Source: Planctomycetota bacterium
GTDB taxonomy: Bacteria; Planctomycetota; B15-G4
Length of the DNA: 64,000 bases
Assembly: GCA_965248575.1 (NCBI GenBank)
Contig: CBDFJQ010000002.1
Span: 160,001 to 224,000, forward strand
Direction: 5' to 3'
Below the pieces are notes generated by a model. That model had not been told where the DNA came from. It made no database searches and worked only from the letters and a program-made list of their open reading frames with translations. The translations under genes and the position numbers were made by a program. This document shows positions 38,744 through 47,418 of this stretch, in pieces (within the stretch, counting starts at the first letter, position 1; each line of letters opens with the position of its first letter).

Positions 38744-40021
38744 TCACATCCCCTTGAGTCGGCCCACCGGATGCAGCTTGCCCGCCAGCGGGGCCGCGTA
38801 GTTGACGAAGGCCTGGGTGACATTGTTGCCGTCCTTGTTCACGAAACTGGCCGGCATGACCTTGGTGAACTTCGCAACCTTCTTGAGCGGCGCGAGGCCT
38901 GCAGTGCAGCGGTAGCGAGTGCCAGCGGCTCGCTTGAGAACCACGGTCCCGCTCTTCTTGGTCTTGGCGAAGCCCACGGCTGCCCGGCCCACGAGGCGAG
39001 CTTCAGCGGCATCTGATTCGCTCCAGCACCCGGCGAACGAGCGCTGCAGGTAGCCGAAGGTGTCGGCTCTCACCCGGGCGCCAGGCATGGCCTTCTTGAT
39101 CAGGCCGGAGAGGTGGTCGCCGAGCGCACCCGAACCACTGAGTTGCACGTTTCCGTGGGCGTCGCGTTCGGCGCGCGCCACCATCTTCTCGGCGATGGTC
39201 TTGCCGCGCTTGTCATGGATGCCCTCGCTGACCGCCACGACGCAGCGACCGAGGCGCTTGTGGACCATCTTGACGTCCGCAACAAAGCGGCGCTCATCGA
39301 AGGCCACCTCCGGCACATACACGAGGTGCGGGCCGTCGTCGTCGAATTGGCGCCCCAGGACCGAGGCCGCCGTGAGGAAGCCCGCATGCCGGCCCATGAC
39401 GATGTTGATCTTCACGCCCTTCAGCGAGCGGTTGTCGAGATTGTCGCCCATGAAGGCTTGGGCTACGAAGCGGGCGGCGCTGCCGAAACCGGGGCAGTGG
39501 TCGGTGACTCTCAAATCGTTGTCGATGGTCTTGGGGACGTGGAAGACCTGGAGCGGGTACTTCTCGTCACGAGCGCACTCGAGCAGGATGTTCGCCGTCT
39601 CCGCTGAGTCGTTGCCGCCGATGTAGAAGACGTAGCGGATGTCCCGCTTGCGGAAGGTCTCGAACATCGCGAGGCATTCGTCGGGCGTGGGCTTCTTGCG
39701 CACGGAGCCGAGGGCAGCTGCCGGGGTCAGGGCCACCTTCTCAAGTGTGGCGGCGCTCTGGTTGTCGAGTCGGACCAGGTCGTCGGCCAGGATGCCCGAG
39801 ACGCCGTGGCGGGCTCCGAAAACCTTGTCGATGAAGCCACAGGCCTTCGCCGCCTCGATCACGCCCACGAGAGACTGGTTGATGACCACGGTCGGACCAC
39901 CTGACTGGCCGATGACGGCGTTTCCCAGGGTCGGCTTCGCAGGTGCCTTGGAGGCGACCTTGGATCGACGAGTCGAGGCGTTCTTGGAGCGTTTCGTGGA
40001 CCGGATGGACGAGGTAGCCAT
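38744..40021 (-). CDS. pfp: PPi-dependent 6-phosphofructokinase
   Basis: GQSGGPT.VIN, GGNDS (Asp at the PPi-specificity position), PKTIDND, MGRHAG, GYLQRS; Lys/Arg-rich N-terminal extension. Confidence 0.88.
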   Translation of the reverse strand: MATSSIRSTKRSKNASTRRSKVASKAPAKPTLGNAVIGQSGGPTVVINQSLVGVIEAAKACGFIDKVFGARHGVSGILADDLVRLDNQSAATLEKVALTPAAALGSVRKKPTPDECLAMFETFRKRDIRYVFYIGGNDSAETANILLECARDEKYPLQVFHVPKTIDNDLRVTDHCPGFGSAARFVAQAFMGDNLDNRSLKGVKINIVMGRHAGFLTAASVLGRQFDDDGPHLVYVPEVAFDERRFVADVKMVHKRLGRCVVAVSEGIHDKRGKTIAEKMVARAERDAHGNVQLSGSGALGDHLSGLIKKAMPGARVRADTFGYLQRSFAGCWSESDAAEARLVGRAAVGFAKTKKSGTVVLKRAAGTRYRCTAGLAPLKKVAKFTKVMPASFVNKDGNNVTQAFVNYAAPLAGKLHPVGRLKGM

Positions 40022-40284
40022 GGGGGCAGGCTCAACAGGAGGCGGGTGGGAATTGGCGCGGCGGTCGGGGCCCCCCTCATGGACGAGGTGCTAGATGGGG
40101 CCTGCGAGCCAGTGTTAGGGACCCGCCCCTGGGAAGTCCAGACCGGAGGCGCTCGCTCAGGACTGTCGAGATGCTCGCATTCGTTGACACTCCGATGCGT
40201 GGTGTCTACCTTGGTCGGCCCTCGTGCGGCGAAAAGTCCCGGTGTAGTTCATCGGGCCGTGCCGCGGGCCCGGAATGTATTGAG

Positions 40285-42684
40285 ATGAGCAAGCCCCGCT
40301 GGATTGACGGGGGGGTCTTCCGCACCCTCCGTTCCGCCACCCGAAGCAGGAAACTCACAATCGTCGTGGGTCCTGGTCACGGCTCGGCGGAGATCTCCTC
40401 CCGAATTGCGCTGAAGGACGTGCTGGGCTCCGACGATCGGGCCGCCCTCGCTGACGATCCGCGCTTCAAGAGCAAGGCTGAGGAGGGCCTGCACTGGCTG
40501 CATCTGCTCAAGCAGGCCTGCGTCGTCACGACCTCGGTCAGCGATGCGCTCGAGGCCTCGTTTCCAGAGGAGCTGGATCTCAAGCCGCGGCTCTACGGAC
40601 CCGAGGGCAAGGGGGTCGCGAGCGCCTTCGACCGTAAGGACCCGTCCATCGTCCACCTGCACGGCTTCGCTGCTGAACCCGACACGCTGGTGTTGACGGC
40701 CAAGGACCGCAAGAAGCTGACCCGGCCTGACAGCCGCTACAATGCTTTTCTGAAGCAGGCCTTCTCACGCACGGTGCTCTTCACGGGCTTCGCCCTGGAC
40801 GACCCGGCGCTCAACGAGCTGCTTGAGGATGTGACGCGGGTGTTCAATGGCCATGTGCCGGCGAACATCGCCCTGATCCAGAGCGGCTCGACGGATCCGT
40901 CCGCTGCGCTGCGGGCCAACATGCACTTCGGCATGAGCCTGGTGGAGTTTCCCAAGGCGGTCGGTGTCGCTGGCGCCTTGCTGGACGTGACGCGTCTGCT
41001 GGAGGAGCTGGAAGTTCCCAAGCCGGCCACCGGCAATCCGCCTCGCGGGTTCACCGAGCTCACCACGGCGTTTCAGACTGAGGTCAGCCAGGCTGATGAG
41101 AGCGATCTGCTCCGGTTTGATGATGGCGACACCGCCAGCTGGGCTCCCATCAAGGCGGGCGCGGTGGCGGATCGCACGGCCGCAGGAGCCATCACGGAGG
41201 CCCTTTTGGAGGCTGCTCCCGAGCTTGAGGAGGGCGCGCCGGGCAAGGTTCGCCTGGTTCTCGTACGCGGCGCAGCGGGCGACGGCAAGACCACCCTCAT
41301 GCGCAAGCTGGCGTGGGATTTGGCCGAGAAGACGGCCGACAAGAAGCACACCCGGATCTTCTGGCGTGAAGACGGCGCTGGCTTGCCAGACGCCTACGTG
41401 CCGGCCGAGTCCGACGAGGCCACGGCGGTGTTCGTGATCGACGACGCCAGTGAGCTTGAGAGTCTGCCCGCCTTTCTCGCAAGCCTGGCAGCCACGGGGC
41501 TGGGCAAGGCTCGCGTGCTCCTGGCCGCGGACACCACACAATGGGACCGCTCGGGTCTGGATCACCGCATCCGTCGCGCGGTGAACGCCCTCGACGTGAC
41601 CCTGACGGGGGTCGATGAGGCCGAGGCCGAAGCCCTTTCGACGGGGCTTCAGGCGCGCGGCCGTCTCGCAGATGGAACCTCGGCGAGCGACGCAGCCAAG
41701 GGGCTTGTTGGAGGGGATGGGTCCGCTTTCGACCGGCTCATGTCTGCCAGCGGGCGGGGCGATATCACCGCGAGCGTGAAAAGCTCGGTGGATGCCCTGG
41801 CGGGTGCAGGTGAGTCTGAGCAGCTGCGAAAGGCCTATCTCGCTACCGCACTGGTCCACCAGCACGGCATGTCCGTGAGCGTGGGGCACCTGGCGAGCTT
41901 CCTCGGCATGGATGCCGCCCAGATCGGTGACACCGTCGTCGGCCCGCTCGGGAGATTGCTCGTCTCCGGGGGTGAAGGCTCCCTGAGGACACCGCACCCC
42001 ATGGTCGCCTCGGCTGCCGTGGCCGCCCTGGCACCCGATGAAGCTGCTCGTGACGAACTCAACCTTGAGCTGTTGAAGTCCATGCCCCAAGGCGGGGCTC
42101 AGGACGCCAAGGCCCTGCAGGCGCCGTCCGATCTGATCCGGGCCCGCCGGCAGCAGCCGATTCCGCCGCTCGTGCTCGGCAAGTTCTTCACCGCTGGTGA
42201 AGGCGCTGCGACCAACGACCGTCAGTTCTGGTTTGACCGCGGGCGCTACGAAACGGATTTCTCGCGCTGGGATCAGGCCCTTTCGGCCTTCGATCAGGCA
42301 CTTTGGCCCCGGCCGGGTGACGCGCGTGAGAAGGAGCACAACGCCGTCGTGCACGCCAACCGGGCACGCTGTCTCACATCCATGGGCAAGAAGAAGGACG
42401 CTCAGCGGGCCGTGGAAGATGGGCTTCGCCTCTCGCCACAGGATGGCGCCCTCTTGCGCTTGGCCGAGAAGTTGGGTGGCAGGCGCAAGCCCCCGCAAAG
42501 GCGCGGCGGGCCCCGCGGTGCAGGTGGCCGCTCAGGCGCGGGCGGCGGCGGTGGTGGGCGACCCGGTGGTGGCGGTGGCGGTGGCCGACCCGGTGCTGGC
42601 GGCGGTGGACGCGGTGGCCCCGGAGGCGGTGGGGGACCTGGCGGACGCGGCGGTCCTGGCGGCGGTCAGCAGCGACGAGCCTGA
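40285..42684 (+). CDS. SIR2-like domain + P-loop (STAND-like) NTPase + TPR protein with Gly/Arg-rich tail
   Basis: IVVGPG, VVTT, HLHG...LVLT..D, LFTGF..DD (SIR2_2 pattern); Walker A GAAGDGKTT, Walker B FVIDDA; TPR helices; RGG tail. Confidence 0.82.
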   Translation: MSKPRWIDGGVFRTLRSATRSRKLTIVVGPGHGSAEISSRIALKDVLGSDDRAALADDPRFKSKAEEGLHWLHLLKQACVVTTSVSDALEASFPEELDLKPRLYGPEGKGVASAFDRKDPSIVHLHGFAAEPDTLVLTAKDRKKLTRPDSRYNAFLKQAFSRTVLFTGFALDDPALNELLEDVTRVFNGHVPANIALIQSGSTDPSAALRANMHFGMSLVEFPKAVGVAGALLDVTRLLEELEVPKPATGNPPRGFTELTTAFQTEVSQADESDLLRFDDGDTASWAPIKAGAVADRTAAGAITEALLEAAPELEEGAPGKVRLVLVRGAAGDGKTTLMRKLAWDLAEKTADKKHTRIFWREDGAGLPDAYVPAESDEATAVFVIDDASELESLPAFLASLAATGLGKARVLLAADTTQWDRSGLDHRIRRAVNALDVTLTGVDEAEAEALSTGLQARGRLADGTSASDAAKGLVGGDGSAFDRLMSASGRGDITASVKSSVDALAGAGESEQLRKAYLATALVHQHGMSVSVGHLASFLGMDAAQIGDTVVGPLGRLLVSGGEGSLRTPHPMVASAAVAALAPDEAARDELNLELLKSMPQGGAQDAKALQAPSDLIRARRQQPIPPLVLGKFFTAGEGAATNDRQFWFDRGRYETDFSRWDQALSAFDQALWPRPGDAREKEHNAVVHANRARCLTSMGKKKDAQRAVEDGLRLSPQDGALLRLAEKLGGRRKPPQRRGGPRGAGGRSGAGGGGGGRPGGGGGGGRPGAGGGGRGGPGGGGGPGGRGGPGGGQQRRA

Positions 42685-42762
42685 GCCTCTGGCGAGGAGC
42701 TGCAGGGCCGTTCTCAGAACGCCTTTCCCTCGGGCAAGGCCCCAGCCCAGCCGAGGGCCGGA

Positions 42763-43089
42763 TCAGACGGAGAAGGAGCTTCCGCAGCCGCAGGAGTCCG
42801 AAGCGTTGGGGTTGTTGAACACGAACCCTCGCTTGTTCACGTCGTCGTTGAAGTCGACGACCATGCTGTCCAGATAAGGGACTGCATCGGCGCTGAGGAC
42901 GACCTTGAGGTCCTCATACTCAGCGACTTGATCGCCCTCCTGGGTCTCCTTGTCAAAGGTCATGACATAGGAGAAACCGCTGCAACCGCCCCCTGAGACG
43001 CCCAACCGCAGGCAGGTTCCTTCGTCAGCCTGTTGGTCCTGGAGGATGCGGCGAACTTCGGAGACTGCAGCGTCCGTGAGGCGAATCAT
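42763..43089 (-). CDS. A-type Fe-S carrier (HesB/IscA/ErpA family)
   Basis: GGGCSGFSY, NPNA..CGCGSSF. Confidence 0.95.
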   Translation of the reverse strand: MIRLTDAAVSEVRRILQDQQADEGTCLRLGVSGGGCSGFSYVMTFDKETQEGDQVAEYEDLKVVLSADAVPYLDSMVVDFNDDVNKRGFVFNNPNASDSCGCGSSFSV

Positions 43090-43164
43090 GATGCGATTCC
43101 GGTCTTGATGGGGGAGAGGATGTCCCGGGGATCGGGCCCCGGGAGGAGGGCTGAGGCCGAGGGC

Positions 43165-43365
43165 CTAGTGACGCCAGACCTTGGAGACCTCATCGGCCTC
43201 GAAGCGCCGCTGGGTTTCGCTATTCGGGTTGATGATCACTCCCCGCTGCTGCGTGGAGTTGTAGAGCATGCCGCCTCGGATGATCTCGCCATCCTTGAAG
43301 AACAGGGTGGCCACGTCGCCTGCCTCGATGCTGTCCAGCTTGGCGCACAGTTCCAGTGTGGTCAT
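43165..43365 (-). CDS. Small hypothetical protein (66 aa, beta-rich)
   Basis: Globular-looking composition unlike antisense noise; GAGG RBS-like element; co-oriented with the A-type carrier gene. Confidence 0.6.
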   Translation of the reverse strand: MTTLELCAKLDSIEAGDVATLFFKDGEIIRGGMLYNSTQQRGVIINPNSETQRRFEADEVSKVWRH

Positions 43366-43751
43366 GATCTTCGCCCTCAAATGGAGAAGTGAGTCTCTTG
43401 TTCAGCGCCTGGCTTGATTGCCCTGCGCCTGCAGTGTGCTGGGGTTCCGAACGTTCGGCGCCCTTCCTGAGTCCTGTCTTTCTAGCTCAAAGTCAAGTCG
43501 GGCAAACTACCACACGAATTGAGAGCTGCCTAGACGAGCATTGGTCAGTCTTTTTCGTCCACGGGGCAGGATTCGTCCATGAGTGACTGCCCGCGCGGGG
43601 GCTGGGGATTACCCCGCCAAGCATGGGCCCAACGGGATACCTGAATAGCTCTCAGTTTCTGCCGGTCCACCTCATTCCTTGCGTCCGCAGGCTCAACGAG
43701 GGGATAAGAGGGGCTTGCCATTGGTATCCCACTCCGAGGGTGATCGCTCCC

Positions 43752-44177
43752 ATGCATGACCTGACGCGCCGACTCGAGTTTTCGGCTGCCCACCGCCTCC
43801 ACAACCCGGCGTTCACGGATGCCGAGAACAGCGCTTTGTATGGGGTCTGCAACAACCCCAGGGGCCATGGGCACAACTATGTCCTGGATGTGACCCTGAG
43901 AGGCGAGGCCGACCCGGAAACCGGCATGGTCATGGACCTCAATCGCCTGGCGGTGCTTCTAGACGAGGTGCTGTTCTCGGTGGTGGACCACAAGCACCTG
44001 GATCACGACGTGCCCTGGATGGAGGGCCGGGTCTCTACGGCCGAGAACGTGGTCGCGGCCATGTGGGAGCAGCTGGCCGAGCCCCTGGCTGGGCTGCTCT
44101 ACCGGATGCGGCTCTACGAGTCCGCGGCGAACTTCGTGGACTACTACGGCCCAGTCAGCTCCAGCAGCCGCGGCTAG
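43752..44177 (+). CDS. 6-pyruvoyl-/6-carboxy-tetrahydropterin synthase family (COG0720), PTPS-II-type motif
   Basis: FSAAHRL, CNNPRGHGHNY, GMVMDL, DHKHL, STAEN, LYES. Confidence 0.92.
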   Translation: MHDLTRRLEFSAAHRLHNPAFTDAENSALYGVCNNPRGHGHNYVLDVTLRGEADPETGMVMDLNRLAVLLDEVLFSVVDHKHLDHDVPWMEGRVSTAENVVAAMWEQLAEPLAGLLYRMRLYESAANFVDYYGPVSSSSRG

Positions 44178-45769
44178 GGGTCGTCGGGCTGGGGAGCCTC
44201 GCCCGAGGCCGCCGCTGCCCCTGCCGCCCCCCCCGGCCAGCGATCGAGCGGGGTGCCCGCGGGGATCTCGAAGTCGGCGTCGGACCCTCCGGCGTACCCG
44301 AGTTGGGCCATTTCTTCGGCCCGGTCGGCGGTGACCGTCGCGGTCCCCCCTGCATCGACCTGATCGAGGATCTCCCGATCCCGGTAGGCCTGCTTCAGCG
44401 AGCGCAGCAGGGTGTCGGCCGCTGGCTGGGAAAAGCTTGCGGTCTCGGCAACGTCCTTCTGCTCGTGGGGGTCCGTGGTCAGGTCGTAGGCGTCCAGCTG
44501 GCTCTCGGTGGCGTGGAAGATCACGCTCGACTGCTGAGTCCTCAGGGCGGCCTTGTAGTCACCCGGGAACATGACCCGCTCAGAGACCACCGGCTCGTTC
44601 TCCGTGGAACCGGAGTGCATGGCTTCCACCAGCGAGCTGCCCGCCATGGTGACGGGGCCTTCGATGTCCAGCAGCTCCAGCAGCGTTGGCATGACGTCGA
44701 TCAAGCTCGTCATGCCCTGGACTTCCGTGCCACCCAGCGTCCCGCCGGGGAGGCGCACGATGCAGGGCACGTGCAAATGTTCGCGGTACAGCTGGTCGTG
44801 TTCGAAGTCGCCGTGCTCAAGGAATTCTTCGCCGTGGTCGGCGAGGATCACCACGATCATCGAGTCCAGCTTGCCTGAGCGGCGCAGGCTCTCGATCAGA
44901 CGTCCCAGCTGGAAGTCCGTGTAGGCCACTTCGCCATCGTAGAGGTCGGACAAGTAGCGCGCCTCGTCCTCCCCGAAGCGTTCCTTGCCGTACCAGTAGG
45001 CCTTGGTCTCGTCGCCGTCGGGGCCGCGATTCATGACACTCCACTGCTTGTTGAATGGCAGCTGGCTGTAGAGCGCGACCCGGGCGCCAATGATGGGGCT
45101 TGGGTTCGGAGCGAAGCGCTGCTCGTACTCGGCCGGGGGCAGGTAGGGCCCGTGCACCTGGTAGGTGTGCATGAACACGAAGGGAGGTGTTCCCGCCTGT
45201 TCGGCCTGGTCGAATCGCTCCAGGGTTCGATTGACGACCTTCTTCACGTCCCACAGGGCCGTCTCGAAACGATCCTTGAAGCCGCGCCCGAAGCCCATCT
45301 CGTGCTGGATGTTGCCGCCCCCTGCGATGCAGGCGTTCCAATAACCGTTCCTGTTCAGCACCTGCGCGATGGTGAGCCGGTTGTGGGCCAGGATCGGCGT
45401 CTTCAAGCCCAATCGCTTGGACTGGTTGCGCACCTTGTGCACCGTCGGCAGCAGCGAGGTGAACAGGCTCATGTGTGCCGATGCGGTCTTGGGCGAGTTG
45501 CTGAACATGTCCCGGAACAGCACCGATTCCTGAGCCAAGGCGTCGAGGTTCGGGCTCGTGTCGCGGTCATAGCCGTAGCAGCCCAGGCGGTCGGCCCGGA
45601 GGGTGTCCACGGAGATCAGCAGCAGGCCCGCCCCAGGAAACGACAGCCGGTCGGCGTTGGGGAAGGCAGATGGTTCTGAGCAGCCTGGTCCAAGACCGCT
45701 GGTGACCGAGAGAAGGAGGACCAGGCCGACCGCTCGCAGTCGACGTGCAGAGCCATCAGGAGTGTGCAT
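44174..45769 (-). CDS. Sulfatase-like alkaline phosphatase superfamily lipoprotein
   Basis: ISVDTLRADRLGCYG, HGPY, YDGEVAYTD, ADHGEEF.EHG, IDVMPTLL; no CxPxR/SxPxR motif. Confidence 0.88.
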   Translation of the reverse strand: MHTPDGSARRLRAVGLVLLLSVTSGLGPGCSEPSAFPNADRLSFPGAGLLLISVDTLRADRLGCYGYDRDTSPNLDALAQESVLFRDMFSNSPKTASAHMSLFTSLLPTVHKVRNQSKRLGLKTPILAHNRLTIAQVLNRNGYWNACIAGGGNIQHEMGFGRGFKDRFETALWDVKKVVNRTLERFDQAEQAGTPPFVFMHTYQVHGPYLPPAEYEQRFAPNPSPIIGARVALYSQLPFNKQWSVMNRGPDGDETKAYWYGKERFGEDEARYLSDLYDGEVAYTDFQLGRLIESLRRSGKLDSMIVVILADHGEEFLEHGDFEHDQLYREHLHVPCIVRLPGGTLGGTEVQGMTSLIDVMPTLLELLDIEGPVTMAGSSLVEAMHSGSTENEPVVSERVMFPGDYKAALRTQQSSVIFHATESQLDAYDLTTDPHEQKDVAETASFSQPAADTLLRSLKQAYRDREILDQVDAGGTATVTADRAEEMAQLGYAGGSDADFEIPAGTPLDRWPGGAAGAAAASGEAPQPDDP

Positions 45770-45771
45770 GC

Positions 45772-46539
45772 TCAGGCCGCGCTCGTGGATCGTCCACCCA
45801 TGAAGAGCCCCAAGAGCAGCAGGGCTGCCAGGACGAGGCTGCCCGTGACTTCCAGGCTGTCCCAGCTTTCCACAGCCTCGCCGCCGGCTCCTGCCGCGCC
45901 GCCCCCTGCGTTGCCTGAGCCGCCCCGCCGCCGGCCACCGGCCTGGCGCGGCGCACCGCCCGCCTGTGTGCTGGGCTGAGGCACTTCCACCGAGCGCAGC
46001 GTGGCGTCGAACTCAGGCCAGAGAAAGTTCCAGTCTCCGTCGAGGCAATCGATACGCAGCACCGCGAAGCGGGGCGAATCGCCAGCCACGGGGAAGAACA
46101 CATCGGTCTGCCGGATCGTGGCGCCATCCGAGCGGGTGCGGATGCCTTCGACACGCATGCCGTACTTGTAGTCCGGAGGCGTGAGCGACTGCTCGTTGTC
46201 CACCTCGACGCCCATCCTGACGTTGACCGCTTCCTTGAACTGGTCGGGGGAGGTGAACGGGTAGGGGCCGTCCTGGATCAGGAGCGCCATGTTCCGGTCG
46301 CGGCCTGTGGTGTCCCGCCAGCGGAATTCATGGCTGACATTGCCATCCGGACTGTCCGCACGGGACGTGATCTGGAATTCCTCGATCGCCCTGCCCGAGG
46401 CGGCAACCAATTCCTCCGGGGTCGTGGAGACCATGCCGGGGGGCGGGGTCATGGAAAAGCCGAAATCCGGGTCCGTGAAGGTCTCTTGCGCCTTCAGGGA
46501 AGGGGCGGCGAGGAGCAGGAACAGCAGCAGGGCGCGCAT
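45772..46539 (-). CDS. Hypothetical exported protein with a C-terminal membrane anchor
   Basis: Signal peptide MRALLLFLLLAAPSLKA; Gly-rich linker; C-terminal TM helix. Confidence 0.7.
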   Translation of the reverse strand: MRALLLFLLLAAPSLKAQETFTDPDFGFSMTPPPGMVSTTPEELVAASGRAIEEFQITSRADSPDGNVSHEFRWRDTTGRDRNMALLIQDGPYPFTSPDQFKEAVNVRMGVEVDNEQSLTPPDYKYGMRVEGIRTRSDGATIRQTDVFFPVAGDSPRFAVLRIDCLDGDWNFLWPEFDATLRSVEVPQPSTQAGGAPRQAGGRRRGGSGNAGGGAAGAGGEAVESWDSLEVTGSLVLAALLLLGLFMGGRSTSAA

Positions 46540-46680
46540 GGACGAGGTCCGCAGCGGGAGAGAATCGGGGCCGATACAGCCTTCATGATAGTGCATGCCA
46601 GCAACTGCTCCCAGAGCCGCGGGCTCGACAGGGGAGAATGTCCGTGGGATGCCGGGGGCGCTCGATAAGATGGGCCGCCA

Positions 46681-47367
46681 ATGAACGCACCTTGGTCGAT
46701 CGCTCTGGCATACGCAGTGGGCTGCGTTTCGTTTGCCGTTCTCGTGGCCAGGATCCGCGGTGTCGACATCCGCTCGGTGGGCAGCGGCAACCCCGGCGCC
46801 ACCAACGTAGGGCGCGCTCTGGGCAAGCCCTGGGGCATGGCTGTGCTCGCCCTGGACGTGGCCAAGGGCTTCCTGCCCGTGGCCCTGCTCACGGCGCCGG
46901 TCAGCCAGCTGGGGCTGGGGACGGAGTCCTCGTGGGTCCCGACCTGGGTGGATTCCGAGGGCCGTGTGCTCATCCTCGCCGCCGCCGTGCTGGGCCACGT
47001 GTATCCCGTGACCACGGGTTTCAAGGGCGGCAAGGGGGTCGCCACCCTGATCGGCGGAGCGGCCGCCTACGATCCGCTGCTGGCGCTCTTCGCGGTGCTG
47101 ACGCACCTCGTGCTCAAGAAGTTCTTGGGCTTCGTGTCCATCGCCAGCGTGGCCTTGGGTTGGGCCCTGCCCGTCGGCCAGGTGTTGGCGAGCGCTGTTG
47201 GCGTGGAGGGAGTTGAGCTCGGCGGTCGCGGCGTGCTGGCCCTCCTGGCGCTGCTGATCACCCTCAGGCACCTGGACAACTTCCGTAGAATTCGCGCCGG
47301 TACGGAGGATCGTTACGATGGCCCCGATCTCCCAGGCGATGGTGCAGGTGGGCAAGCCGGTGATTGA
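46681..47367 (+). CDS. plsY: Glycerol-3-phosphate acyltransferase PlsY
   Basis: GSGNPGATNVGR, LDVAKG, GHVYP..FKGGKGVAT, RH..N..R. Confidence 0.95.
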   Translation: MNAPWSIALAYAVGCVSFAVLVARIRGVDIRSVGSGNPGATNVGRALGKPWGMAVLALDVAKGFLPVALLTAPVSQLGLGTESSWVPTWVDSEGRVLILAAAVLGHVYPVTTGFKGGKGVATLIGGAAAYDPLLALFAVLTHLVLKKFLGFVSIASVALGWALPVGQVLASAVGVEGVELGGRGVLALLALLITLRHLDNFRRIRAGTEDRYDGPDLPGDGAGGQAGD

Positions 47368-47418
47368 TCCCGATCGCGCGATCGGGCAAGAGACGACGAT
47401 GCAAAGGCGGTTTGATTG

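Noticed and set aside
40765..42498. Long antisense or alternative-frame ORFs (e.g. 577 aa here, 495 aa at 14156, 432 aa at 6266)
   Set aside because: Shadows of real genes caused by high GC3 codon bias; no recognisable motifs
43381..43751. Lower-GC intergenic region with GGGCAAAC and some stems, upstream of the PTPS gene (c-di-GMP-I or preQ1 riboswitch?)
   Set aside because: The GAAA-capped P2 and GCAAAG elements and the preQ1 A-rich tail are absent; more likely a divergent promoter region
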